Below are positions 19,729 to 28,921 of a stretch of DNA of 64,000 bases, piece by piece. A program made the position numbers and the translations under genes. Source of the DNA: an uncultured Candidatus Bathyarchaeia archaeon (GTDB lineage Archaea > Thermoproteota > CALKCG01 > B24 > JAWCPE01); NCBI GenBank assembly GCA_964396445.1, contig CAYNFI010000004.1, positions 1,007-65,006 on the forward strand. The letters are read 5' to 3'. The first letter of the stretch is position 1. Every line of letters starts with the position of its first letter. The notes below the pieces were generated by a model. That model searched no databases. It was not told the DNA's origin and worked only from the letters and a program-made list of their open reading frames with translations.

Positions 19729-19795
19729 AAGCTTTACTCGGTGAATGTAAAGCTTTTAAACGGTAAGATATGAGCAGGGATATCTTTGATGGTAA

Positions 19796-20932
19796 ATGTT
19801 GAAGGCTGCGGTAGTAGGTGTAGGCAAGAGAGCGGCGGCTCACATACAGACCTTGAAGAAGCTTGAAGGCCTTTACAGCCTCATAGCTTTCTACGACTTG
19901 GATAGAAACCGGTTAAACACCGTGACTAAGGAGCTGAATGTGAGGGCTTACACTGACTTTAAAGCGATGTTGGAGGAGGCTAAGCCTGATGTAGCCCTTG
20001 TGGCTGTGGGGCCTGAAGGGCATAACGTGTTAACTAAACCCCTAATGGAAGCGGGCGTTCATGTTCTATCAGAGACCCCTATAGCCATGACGATGAGTTG
20101 CGCGAGGCAGATGATGGATGTAGCTAAGGAGAATAAAGTTGTTCTAGAGGTTGCGGAGAATGTGCCTAGATGGCCTAAGGAACGTTTAAAGCAGAGGCTT
20201 AAGTCAACAGGTGTTCTAGGAGGGTTGAAAAGCTTCTACCTCTCCTATACCTCAGGTTCCTACCACGGTATGGCAGCTATCAGAAGCCTCCTAGGCTCAG
20301 AAGCCTCAAACGTTAGCCTAGGTGAGTTCCCTGAACCTGACACCGTGTTAGAGAGGGCGTCCCTAGGGTTCCCAGGGGTTAAAGGCGTGTATGAGTCTAA
20401 CCGCAGCAGGGGTAACTACTGGGAGATTCATGGAGAGAAAGCGTCCCTAAGAGGGGGAGAACTGGATTTGGAAGGGGTTAAACACCCTTTAAAGGTTGAG
20501 TACGCGGAGCGGGAAGGCGTCTCTATTTTGAGAAGGGTTGGAGTAGAACTTAAACCTCCATTGTACTGGGATAACCCTTTCAAAGCCTATTCCCTAAACA
20601 GCGAGGACGATGTGGCTAGAGCCGACGCGTGGATAAGCCTCTACAACGCCGTAGTGCACGGTGGAAAGCCTGATTATGGGGCTGAAAACGCTGTTAAAGA
20701 CCTAGAGCTACTAATAGCGGTAAGAGAATCGGCTATGCGTGGAGGCGCTGAGATAAGGCTTCCACTATCTAAGGATACCTCGTATGAAGAAAACATTCAC
20801 AGGCAGTTCACGCAAGTATACGGCGTAGATCCCTTGAACACGACGGTAAAGGATTTAAAGGTTCAGTACACCCTCCCAGATGCGCTTTCCCAACTTCTAT
20901 ACTATGGACGTGTCACTAAAAGCCCGACTTGA
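19796..20932 (+). CDS. Gfo/Idh/MocA family oxidoreductase
   Basis: N-terminal Rossmann region (AAVVGVGKRAAAH) and a family-typical EKP-like SETPIAM segment. Confidence 0.7.
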   Translation: MLKAAVVGVGKRAAAHIQTLKKLEGLYSLIAFYDLDRNRLNTVTKELNVRAYTDFKAMLEEAKPDVALVAVGPEGHNVLTKPLMEAGVHVLSETPIAMTMSCARQMMDVAKENKVVLEVAENVPRWPKERLKQRLKSTGVLGGLKSFYLSYTSGSYHGMAAIRSLLGSEASNVSLGEFPEPDTVLERASLGFPGVKGVYESNRSRGNYWEIHGEKASLRGGELDLEGVKHPLKVEYAEREGVSILRRVGVELKPPLYWDNPFKAYSLNSEDDVARADAWISLYNAVVHGGKPDYGAENAVKDLELLIAVRESAMRGGAEIRLPLSKDTSYEENIHRQFTQVYGVDPLNTTVKDLKVQYTLPDALSQLLYYGRVTKSPT

Positions 20933-20938
20933 ATCATC

Positions 20939-20975
20939 GGATAAACCCTGGTTACGGTGGAGACCACGTTTATCC
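20939..20975 (+). terminator. stem-loop after the oxidoreductase gene
   Basis: GGATAAAC..TGGT-N10-ACCA..GTTTATCC nested inverted repeat beginning 7 nt after the stop. Confidence 0.35.
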
Positions 20976-21107
20976 AGCTTAAACGATCCTTGGAAAAAGT
21001 AATCCTCAATTAGCGTCACTCTTCGCCTGGAAATTCAGGGGTAAAAGTTCGTTGACATGTTGAACCGCTCTATCAGAGGGTCCTTCCAGTGTAACTCAAA
21101 GGCAAAA

Positions 21108-22205
21108 CTAGGTCTTAGTAACCGCTCTCGGGTATGAACCTAAGACCTTCAGGAAGATGCATTTCGACGCTAAGTCTGTTAAGGCTTCCCGGCATTTTAC
21201 GTCGTCTTTATGACCTTCGAAATCGAGGTAGAACACGTACTGCCAAGGCTGCCCTCGCGTAGGTCTTGACTCAACCTTGGTAAGGTTGATGTCTCGGGTA
21301 GAGAAGGCCTCTAAGGCTTTGAATAGGGCGCCTGGGACGTCGCGGACGGCGAAGATAATCGATGTTTTATCCCGGCCTGTAGTTTGGCAGTCAGTGTGTC
21401 CGAGGATGAAGAACCTTGTGAAATTATTCGGTTGGTCTTCGATGCCCTTGGCGAGAACCTCCATACCGTAGATCTTAGCCGATGTCATCGCGCCGATAGC
21501 CGCAGCGTTCTCCAATTCCTTCAACATCTCAACCGCCCGAGCTGTACTCGCGACCTCCCTCCTCTCGGCTTTAGGTAACGTACGTTCCAGGTATTCCCTG
21601 CATTGGGCAAGGGCTTGGCTGTGGGAAACAACCAGGCGGATGTCCTGTAGGCGGGTTCCCGGTTTGGCGATGAGGTTGTGGTGGATTCGACGTTCAACCT
21701 CCCCGCAGACCATCAGCCTTGTCTCAAGGAGTAGCCCAAGGGCTACGGTGTAGGAGCCTTCTAAGGAGTTCTCCACGGGGACGACGCCGAAGTCAGCGTC
21801 GCTTACGTCTACAAGCCTAGAAACGTCGTGTACGCTGGGGCAGGGTGTGAAATCAGCTCCAGCTGATTCAAAGTAGCTTCTAGCAGCCTCCTCGCTGAAG
21901 GTGCCCACGGGGCCGAGGTAGGCAACCTTCACCCTCCCTTTCTGCCCACGTTCACACATAGCCATAACCTCCTCGTATACGGCTTCAACATCGTCGGGGT
22001 TAAGCCCAAGCCCGGAGGCACGCTTCCTGACGTGGGCTAAGACCTGCCTCTCCCTCTCCACATCCTTAACACTTAGCCCAGCAGTCTTCTTAAGCTCACC
22101 GAGCTGAAGGGCTAGGTTCAACCTCTTCCTGAGAAGTTGAACTAGTTCCTCGTCGACGCTGTCAACCTCTTTCCTCAACCCCTCGATTTCCTCAACCCTT
22201 GTCAT
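21108..22205 (-). CDS. pheA: bifunctional chorismate mutase / prephenate dehydratase
   Basis: N-terminal CM helices (LRKEVDSVDEELVQLLRKRLNLA), a PDT core (VAYLGPVGTFSEEA) and a C-terminal ACT domain (TSIIFAVRDVPGAL...TKVESRP). The ATG overlaps the aroC stop (ATGA). Confidence 0.85.
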   Translation of the reverse strand: MTRVEEIEGLRKEVDSVDEELVQLLRKRLNLALQLGELKKTAGLSVKDVERERQVLAHVRKRASGLGLNPDDVEAVYEEVMAMCERGQKGRVKVAYLGPVGTFSEEAARSYFESAGADFTPCPSVHDVSRLVDVSDADFGVVPVENSLEGSYTVALGLLLETRLMVCGEVERRIHHNLIAKPGTRLQDIRLVVSHSQALAQCREYLERTLPKAERREVASTARAVEMLKELENAAAIGAMTSAKIYGMEVLAKGIEDQPNNFTRFFILGHTDCQTTGRDKTSIIFAVRDVPGALFKALEAFSTRDINLTKVESRPTRGQPWQYVFYLDFEGHKDDVKCREALTDLASKCIFLKVLGSYPRAVTKT

Positions 22206-23299
22206 TTCAAAACCCTCGGTATGCAGCCGAGCCTTAAGGCATGGTCCGTTATAACGATGGCGGTGCAGGCTTCAACCACGGGAACAGCCCTAGGAACGAT
22301 GCAGGGGTCGTGTCTCCCAGAAGCCTTCAAATTAGTTTCCCTCATCGTCTGAATGTCAACCGTGATCTGCATCCTAGCTATGGAGGCTGGTGGCTTAAAG
22401 GCAACCCTAAGGGTTATGGGCATCCCGGTTGCAAGACCTCCGAGAATGCCCCCTGCGTTGTTCGTTAAGGCTGTAACCCTTCCATCGCGGACCACGTAAG
22501 GGTCGTTGTTCTCAGAGCCCTTCATGGAAGCCGCTTTAAAGCCTGCCCCAAACTCCACACCCTTCACACCGGGTATGTTGAAGATAGCCTTAGCCAGGTC
22601 TGCGTCGAGGGAATCGAAAACGGGTTCGCCTAGACCGACGGGCACATTTAACGCGTTGCATTCAACAACGCCTCCTAAGCTATCCCCTTCCTGAAAAGCC
22701 TTAAGCACCGCCTCCTCCATCAAAGCAGCGGCGGCTGGGTCCGCGCATCTCACAGAGTTCTTGTACACCTGTCCCCGAGTCTCTTCGTAGGAAACGGTTC
22801 TCGAAAGTTTCACCGACCCGATTTGAACCGTGTGGGCTAAGACCTCCACGCCCAGCTTTCCCAGCAGCTTCTTTGCCAAAGCCCCAGCGGCGACGAAGGC
22901 TACGGTGATGCGGCCTGAGAAGCGTCCTCCACCTCTGTAGTCGTTGAAGCCTCCATACCTCATGTAAGCCGTGTAATCGGCGTGTCCAGGTCGCGGCTTC
23001 ATCCTCAACTGTTCGTATGTGGTTGAATCCACATCCCTGTTCCATACGACCATGCATATCGGCGCCCCAGTTGTTAAACCCTTGAAAACACCAGAGGTGA
23101 TCTCCACCTTATCAGGTTCAAGCCTCGCTGACGTTACTTTAACCAAGCCAGGTCTCCGTTTATCGAGCTCATGTTGGATATCTACCTCTGAGAGGGGAAG
23201 CCCTGCTGGGCACCCGTCTACTATAACTCCCACTTGGCGCCCATGGCTTTCCCCAAAGCATGTGACAACAAAGCTCTTCCCAATGGAGTTACCTGACAG
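22202..23299 (-). CDS. aroC: chorismate synthase (start extended to in-frame CTG)
   Basis: The conserved N-terminus GNSIGKSFVVTCFGESHG lies upstream of the first GTG (23233), in frame. A stop lies 10 codons further up, with no ATG/GTG/TTG between. The only plausible initiator is CTG 23299..23297. Confidence 0.8.
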   Translation of the reverse strand: MSGNSIGKSFVVTCFGESHGRQVGVIVDGCPAGLPLSEVDIQHELDKRRPGLVKVTSARLEPDKVEITSGVFKGLTTGAPICMVVWNRDVDSTTYEQLRMKPRPGHADYTAYMRYGGFNDYRGGGRFSGRITVAFVAAGALAKKLLGKLGVEVLAHTVQIGSVKLSRTVSYEETRGQVYKNSVRCADPAAAALMEEAVLKAFQEGDSLGGVVECNALNVPVGLGEPVFDSLDADLAKAIFNIPGVKGVEFGAGFKAASMKGSENNDPYVVRDGRVTALTNNAGGILGGLATGMPITLRVAFKPPASIARMQITVDIQTMRETNLKASGRHDPCIVPRAVPVVEACTAIVITDHALRLGCIPRVLK

Positions 23300-24590
23300 A
23301 AACCATCGCCCCCAACGAACGCATATCCTTCACGAAGTTTGGATAAGACTTACTGATGCTTTCAACGCCGCGGATGGTTGTACAGCCCTCCGCCCCCAGC
23401 GCCGCTACGGCGCATGCCATGGCGACCCTGTGGTCGTTATGGGCTTCAAGGGAAGCCCCGTAGAGTTTCACTGGGCCCTCAACGACCAACAGGTCCTCAA
23501 AATCTAACACTTTAGCCCCCATCTTTCTCAACTCCGATGCGATAGTGTAAAGCCTATCAGATTCCTTAAACCTCAACCTTCCAGCCCCTTCGACAACCGT
23601 TTTCCCCCTCGCGTAGCATCCTAGAACGGCGTAAACTGGTGTAAGGTCCGGGGTCTGCTTCACATCTACTGTAAGCCCCTTTAAAGGCTGGTCGCATCCG
23701 AGGACCTCGACGTAATCTGGTCCAATCAAGAGTTTAACACCCATTGCTCCCAGGGATTCTAGGATAACCTTGTCCCCTTGACACGTATCCTTTGGAAGAC
23801 CTGTAACTTGAACCTTGGAGTTTGTAACCGCAGCCGCGGCTAGGAGAAAGGCAGCGGATGAGTAGTCGCCTGGTACAAGGTGGTTGAACCTCCTGTAAAC
23901 CTGCCCGTTTGGGATATGGAAGCTCCTGTAATCACCTGAAGCTCCAACCCTCACTCCGTGCTTACTGAGAACCTCAACGGTCATCTCCACGTAGGAGCTG
24001 GATTCAAGCTCCGTGGTCACATTGATTTCTGTGCTCTCACGTGCCTTAGGCAGTGCGAATAAAAGCCCTGAAATAAACTGTGAGCTTACGTCACCAACTA
24101 TAGTAGCCTTCCCGCCTTTAATGCCCCCGCCGAAAACAACGATGGGGGGGCAGCCGTTACCCCTTGTAGAATAACAGTTAACACCGAGCTTTCTAAGGGC
24201 TTCGAGGAGGGGTTCCATAGGTCTCCTGCGGAGAGACCCGTTCCCCGAGAGCACCGACATGCCGTCGGCTAAGGCGCATACAGGTGTCAGGAACCTTATG
24301 GTTGAACCTGACCCCCCGCAGTCAACCACGTCTTCGGGAGTTCGCGGGTTAGTTAATCCCTTTACGACGGCTGATTCCTCATCCAAAGTTATGGAAGCAC
24401 CCAGCATACGGCAGGCTTCAACCGTGGCCACCGTATCCTCGCATACAAGGGGATGCTGAACCACGCTTTCATCTCCAGAAAGTGAAGCGGCTATCAGCGC
24501 CCTATGCGTGTACGCCTTGGAAGGTGGGGCTTTAACCTTACCCTTTAAGGCTTCAGTTTTCTCCACGATGAGGCTGGGCATAGTGCACAC
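23289..24590 (-). CDS. aroA: 3-phosphoshikimate 1-carboxyvinyltransferase (EPSP synthase)
   Basis: KAPPSKAYTHRALIAASL, LRRRPMEPL and DHRVAMA motifs. The start is GTG 24590 or ATG 24581. Confidence 0.9.
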   Translation of the reverse strand: MCTMPSLIVEKTEALKGKVKAPPSKAYTHRALIAASLSGDESVVQHPLVCEDTVATVEACRMLGASITLDEESAVVKGLTNPRTPEDVVDCGGSGSTIRFLTPVCALADGMSVLSGNGSLRRRPMEPLLEALRKLGVNCYSTRGNGCPPIVVFGGGIKGGKATIVGDVSSQFISGLLFALPKARESTEINVTTELESSSYVEMTVEVLSKHGVRVGASGDYRSFHIPNGQVYRRFNHLVPGDYSSAAFLLAAAAVTNSKVQVTGLPKDTCQGDKVILESLGAMGVKLLIGPDYVEVLGCDQPLKGLTVDVKQTPDLTPVYAVLGCYARGKTVVEGAGRLRFKESDRLYTIASELRKMGAKVLDFEDLLVVEGPVKLYGASLEAHNDHRVAMACAVAALGAEGCTTIRGVESISKSYPNFVKDMRSLGAMVSVR

Positions 24591-25463
24591 CTAGGGGATA
24601 ACGTGGGCTTTCCCCGTTTTAATCCCAGCTTCAATAACCTCACCTTCATAACGCCGCCATACATCCTTAACCTTCTCAACGTTTTCCTCTAGCACGACAG
24701 CGGCTACGGCCGGTCCCTTCCCTGAAAGCCCCGCGGCTACAGCGCCCTGAGCCAGGGCGTCTACGGCTATGCCTGGGTTATACCCGAGCGTGGATGCGTA
24801 TATGAGCCCGTTCAGCTTCATCGCTGTCCAGTAGTTACCTGTAAGGGCTTCCCTGAAGGCCACATCTACTTCCCCAGCCATTAACCTCATCCGCTCAATA
24901 TCAGCCTTAACCGTGTAGGCTTTACCTTGGGGCACAAGGATCAGGACCCTGAACCCTTCCTCCACCTTAAAGTGTTTCAGAACCTTCCTCGCCATGTTAT
25001 CCGTTACGACGATGTTTCCTAGGTATGAGGCGCAAGCGTCGTCGAAGGCTCCCGTCACCGTAACCTTAGCTTCTAGAGCCACGTCAACCGCCATGTTAAT
25101 GACGTCTAAATCCTCTAGGCTTCCGCCGACGGCTGATAAGGCGGCGAGGACGAGGGCGTTCGCGGCTACGCTGCTGCTCTTCAACCCCCTAGCTATGGGG
25201 ATGTTAGAGCGCGTCTCCACATAGGCTCCATGGCTTCCCTCTAAGCCGAAGCGTTTCAACACCCTTTTAACTATCTTCTCTATGAGGCTTGTGTCTTCAC
25301 CTGGGTCTGACAGGATCTTTCCCCGGATGATTCCAGGTTCATCTGTTAACTTTACCGCAGCCTCGGTCCAGAGGTCGATGCCCAGCGCAGCACCCTTTCC
25401 ACCCGCGAGGGCGTTAACCACGGTAACAGCGCCGTAAGCCACTGCTTTCCCAACCCGACCCAT
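24591..25463 (-). CDS. aroK: archaeal GHMP-family shikimate kinase
   Basis: GHMP-like PIARGLKSSSVAANA motif and the N-terminus typical of archaeal shikimate kinases. Positioned between aroE and aroA. Confidence 0.8.
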   Translation of the reverse strand: MGRVGKAVAYGAVTVVNALAGGKGAALGIDLWTEAAVKLTDEPGIIRGKILSDPGEDTSLIEKIVKRVLKRFGLEGSHGAYVETRSNIPIARGLKSSSVAANALVLAALSAVGGSLEDLDVINMAVDVALEAKVTVTGAFDDACASYLGNIVVTDNMARKVLKHFKVEEGFRVLILVPQGKAYTVKADIERMRLMAGEVDVAFREALTGNYWTAMKLNGLIYASTLGYNPGIAVDALAQGAVAAGLSGKGPAVAAVVLEENVEKVKDVWRRYEGEVIEAGIKTGKAHVIP

Positions 25464-25480
25464 TCCACCTCATCCTTCCT

Positions 25481-26338
25481 TTAGATACTTGGTCTAACCT
25501 CTTCCGCAGCTTTCATCATCGCATCAACGGGTGCCTTAACACCTGTCCAGATCTCGAAGGAGGCAGCGGCTTGGTATACGAGCATCTGTATACCATCGAT
25601 GGTTTTAGCCCCTACGTTCCGCGCTTCCATCAGTAGCCTTGTTTTCACAGGGTTATAGACAAGCTCGAACACGGTGAGAGACCTTCTAAGAAGGTCTGCG
25701 TCTACGGGGATCTCCGCTCCCAGTGGATTCATGCCAACCGGGGTTGCGTTGATGAGGATGTCGGCGTCAGCTAACTCCCTTTCAACGTTTTCCCTTTCAA
25801 GACCCCCGCTTGATAACACTCCCTCCGCGTTCATCGCAGCCTCCTCAGCTAGGGCTCTGGCTTTTTCAACCGTTCTATTGAGTATGACGGTGTAGCAGGG
25901 GGTCTGCGCTAGTCTGTGAGCGATAGCCCTCGATGTGCCTCCCGCCCCTAGCATGACGACTTTACTATCCTCCAGTGTTTGACCGTTCTCCCTTAGAGCA
26001 TTTAACGCGCCTACACCATCTGTGTTATAACCGATAAGCCTTCCATCAGCGTTCACCACCGTGTTGACGGCGCCGATTCTCCGCGTGGTTTCCTCCAATT
26101 CATCGAGGTATTGTATGATATCGGTTTTATGGGGCATGGTCACGTTTAAGCCCCTGAGCGCAAGCGCACGCGCACCCTTTACGGCGTCTCTGAGCCCTTC
26201 GCGTTTAACGGTTAACGCTACATAGACATAGTTGAGGCTGAGGACTTTGAAAGCGGCGTTGAGAATGTAAGGGCTTAGCGAGTGCTTAACAGGGTCACCT
26301 ATGACCGCGTAGACCCCTGTATCCCCTGAAACCTTCAG
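25481..26338 (-). CDS. aroE: shikimate dehydrogenase (start extended to in-frame CTG)
   Basis: The substrate-binding N-terminus VYAVIGDPVKHSLSP...NVTMPHK is in frame upstream of the called GTG (26143). There is no ATG/GTG/TTG back to the stop. CTG 26338..26336 overlaps the aroD TGA (CTGA). Also has the GAGGTSRAIA NADP motif. Confidence 0.8.
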   Translation of the reverse strand: MKVSGDTGVYAVIGDPVKHSLSPYILNAAFKVLSLNYVYVALTVKREGLRDAVKGARALALRGLNVTMPHKTDIIQYLDELEETTRRIGAVNTVVNADGRLIGYNTDGVGALNALRENGQTLEDSKVVMLGAGGTSRAIAHRLAQTPCYTVILNRTVEKARALAEEAAMNAEGVLSSGGLERENVERELADADILINATPVGMNPLGAEIPVDADLLRRSLTVFELVYNPVKTRLLMEARNVGAKTIDGIQMLVYQAAASFEIWTGVKAPVDAMMKAAEEVRPSI

Positions 26339-27021
26339 GTTTCAACCCCCAGTTTCTCATAGATGCTCATCAAGTCACCTATCCATAGTTGACCCCGCGC
26401 CGTCTCAAATCCCTTCTTAACACTGGCGTAGGTGAAGTAGGCTCCGAGTAGCGGCGAAGCAACCCTTGAAAGAATCCCCGCGGAGCCCATGGCGAAGCAC
26501 ACGATCTTGCACTTTTGCCCCGCCTCACCTGTTAGGGTTAGGCAGGTAAGGTTATCCTTCGCCTCCCGCGCTGTGGTTACGACTTTGCAGACATAGGCTC
26601 CCGCCTCAATTTCCCGCCTCAAGAGGCCTCTGATGTCAGTTAGACTCGGGGTACTCTGGAAATTATGATGAGATACTATAGGTTTAACCCCTTGGGCCTT
26701 CAACTCATGTACTGTTCCACTTAGCCCTTCGGATGTTAGTTCAGCGTCCGCGTACTCGAAACCTGTTCCTGCAACTTTAACGAGCCGTTTCAAGCGTTCT
26801 CCTTCGCTTCCAGCCCACAGTCCACCCTGTGATGCTTGCCTATTCGTGGCGATGAGGGGTAGCTTCGTGGAAGCCGCTAGGTCCTCGACGCCGTTTAATC
26901 CCTTTAGGTAATCGATTCTAAGTTCTGCTAAAGCAGCTCCATAGGCTTCAGCCTTCTCGAGAAGTTTAAGGGCTTCGGCTATGCTCCGTGCGGGGATCGG
27001 TGTACATATCCTAGCCTTCAC
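26335..27021 (-). CDS. aroD: 3-dehydroquinate dehydratase, type I
   Basis: ELRIDYL, IVSHHNFQSTP and CKVVTTA (Schiff-base Lys region). The GTG start overlaps the upstream stop (GTGA). Confidence 0.85.
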   Translation of the reverse strand: MKARICTPIPARSIAEALKLLEKAEAYGAALAELRIDYLKGLNGVEDLAASTKLPLIATNRQASQGGLWAGSEGERLKRLVKVAGTGFEYADAELTSEGLSGTVHELKAQGVKPIVSHHNFQSTPSLTDIRGLLRREIEAGAYVCKVVTTAREAKDNLTCLTLTGEAGQKCKIVCFAMGSAGILSRVASPLLGAYFTYASVKKGFETARGQLWIGDLMSIYEKLGVET

Positions 27022-28115
27022 CTCTCGATCACCGTCTCTTCCTTTACTAGTGTTCCGAAGTGCCTCCCACCCTCCTCAACGTGGGCTAGGATCTCGTCGC
27101 CGGGTTTAAGCTCGGTAACGGATTTTGAGCCTTCCCGTGTTACAAAACGGATTGTCTCAGCGTTTTGAACGATCACCTTGCCAACTCTTTCTTGGCATAG
27201 GGCTTCGACTAGGATTAGGGGGCGCCACTCAACCTTCACCCTGCAAACGTTCGCCGCTCTCGACATTCCCTCTCGGTCAACTATGAGTACATCCTTTCCG
27301 GCGCCTAGCTCTGATAGATACCTTGTCTTCCCACCCGGTGTGAGGGTGTAATGCGACACGGGTCCGGCGTTAACCCTGAAGGGTCTAGGCTCCACATGCG
27401 GGTTTTCATAAACCTCGGCTTGGACGAGGAAGAGGCTGGATGACTGGCAGCCTACGAGCATGCCTTCGCCTTGCTTCATGAGGTCGCATGTGTCAACGCA
27501 TACCCGTGCGCCGATGCCTAGGGGCGTCGATGCTATAACCTCCGCTGGTGTGATAGTCATCCTTTCAGCCGTCTTTTTCTCCTCAACCCTCGTTTTAACC
27601 GTCTTTAACACCTCGTTAACCTGCTGAAGCCCCTTCGACGTCGGGTTCTCAACGACTACGCCGTCAACGCCGATTTCTAGGGCTTCAAGTGTAAGCCGTG
27701 CTTTTCCAGCGTCTGGGATGAGTGCTAGGAGCCTGCTTTTTCCGTGAACGGAGGCGATGATGTTTTCAATGGGGATCACTTCCCAGTTTGGGCATCTTAG
27801 GATGATGTAGTCAGCCCCTGCTTCAGCTGCCCTAGCGACTGACGCTTCGTCATCCCGGGACTTCACGGTTACAGTTATGCACGTTGCGCCTCCTGTCTTC
27901 TTCGCTTCCTTGGCTTCCTTCAGGTCTTCGACGATCGTGATGTCCGCGTCCCTCGCTGAAGCTGTTTTAAAACCTAGACCTTTAACCGCAGTTACGTCAA
28001 CGGGGTCAAGTATGCATGCTTGGCACAGCTTAGATGCGGCTTCGATAAGCCTGCCCTTTTCCTCCACGTTCAGTGAGGGGTTGATCCTAGCCCAAAGTTC
28101 CCTCACAGGCTTCAC
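27018..28115 (-). CDS. 3-dehydroquinate synthase II (archaeal type)
   Basis: Family-typical [20 protein letters not shown]-like segment ([21 protein letters not shown]). Located between the ADH synthase gene and aroD. Confidence 0.8.
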   Translation of the reverse strand: MKPVRELWARINPSLNVEEKGRLIEAASKLCQACILDPVDVTAVKGLGFKTASARDADITIVEDLKEAKEAKKTGGATCITVTVKSRDDEASVARAAEAGADYIILRCPNWEVIPIENIIASVHGKSRLLALIPDAGKARLTLEALEIGVDGVVVENPTSKGLQQVNEVLKTVKTRVEEKKTAERMTITPAEVIASTPLGIGARVCVDTCDLMKQGEGMLVGCQSSSLFLVQAEVYENPHVEPRPFRVNAGPVSHYTLTPGGKTRYLSELGAGKDVLIVDREGMSRAANVCRVKVEWRPLILVEALCQERVGKVIVQNAETIRFVTREGSKSVTELKPGDEILAHVEEGGRHFGTLVKEETVIER

Positions 28116-28918
28116 CCAACCTTTTCACCGCTAACAAGCTTGTACGCTTCTTCCACAGTCATTCCTCGATGGACAACTCCGGCGATTGCTTTACCCATAC
28201 CAGTCGGAGTCTCGTGTTGGAATACGTTTCTCCCGATACTGACTCCGGCGCCTCCAGCACGCATGGAGTTGTAAACCATCTCTAGGATCTCCCCGTCTGT
28301 TTCAGCCTTAGGTCCTCCGGCGATGATGACGGGGACAGGGCATCCCCTCACCACTTCACGGAAGGAATCGATGCTTCCCGTGTAGTTTGTTTTTATGATG
28401 TCAGCTCCAAGCTCTACTCCAAGCCTTGCGGCGTGAGCTACGGCTTCAAAGTCATGCTCGCTCTTGATCCCTGGTCCCCTCGGGTACATCATAGCCAGTA
28501 AAGGCATGCCCCAAGCGTCACATTCGTCAGCCACATCACCTAGCTTTGTGAGCATGTCATGCTCCTTATCCGCACCTACGTTGATGTGAACTGAGACCGC
28601 GTCTGCGCCGAGCATGAGGGCTTCCTCAACCGAGGCAACTCTTACCTTCCAGTTTGCGTTGGGTCCGAGCTTAGTGCTGGCTGAGATGTGAACGATTAAT
28701 CCCAGCCCCCGTGTGTCCACGTTCTTAGCGATGCCTTTATGGAGGACAACGGCGTCCACATCGCCCTCTACGAGCTTGTCGACGATGCTCTGCATGTCCA
28801 CTAGGCCCTTCACAGGTCCTAGGCTTACACCGTGGTCCATCGGGGTTACCACGGTTTTTCCATCGACTCGGAAGATCCTTCCCATTCTCCTCCTTTTTCC
28901 TACATCCATTTGTCTCAC
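28112..28918 (-). CDS. 2-amino-3,7-dideoxy-D-threo-hept-6-ulosonate (ADH) synthase, DhnA-type class I aldolase
   Basis: DhnA aldolase-like sequence ([23 protein letters not shown] lysine region). Operon context with DHQ synthase II. Confidence 0.75.
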   Translation of the reverse strand: MRQMDVGKRRRMGRIFRVDGKTVVTPMDHGVSLGPVKGLVDMQSIVDKLVEGDVDAVVLHKGIAKNVDTRGLGLIVHISASTKLGPNANWKVRVASVEEALMLGADAVSVHINVGADKEHDMLTKLGDVADECDAWGMPLLAMMYPRGPGIKSEHDFEAVAHAARLGVELGADIIKTNYTGSIDSFREVVRGCPVPVIIAGGPKAETDGEILEMVYNSMRAGGAGVSIGRNVFQHETPTGMGKAIAGVVHRGMTVEEAYKLVSGEKVG

Positions 28919-28921
28919 CTC

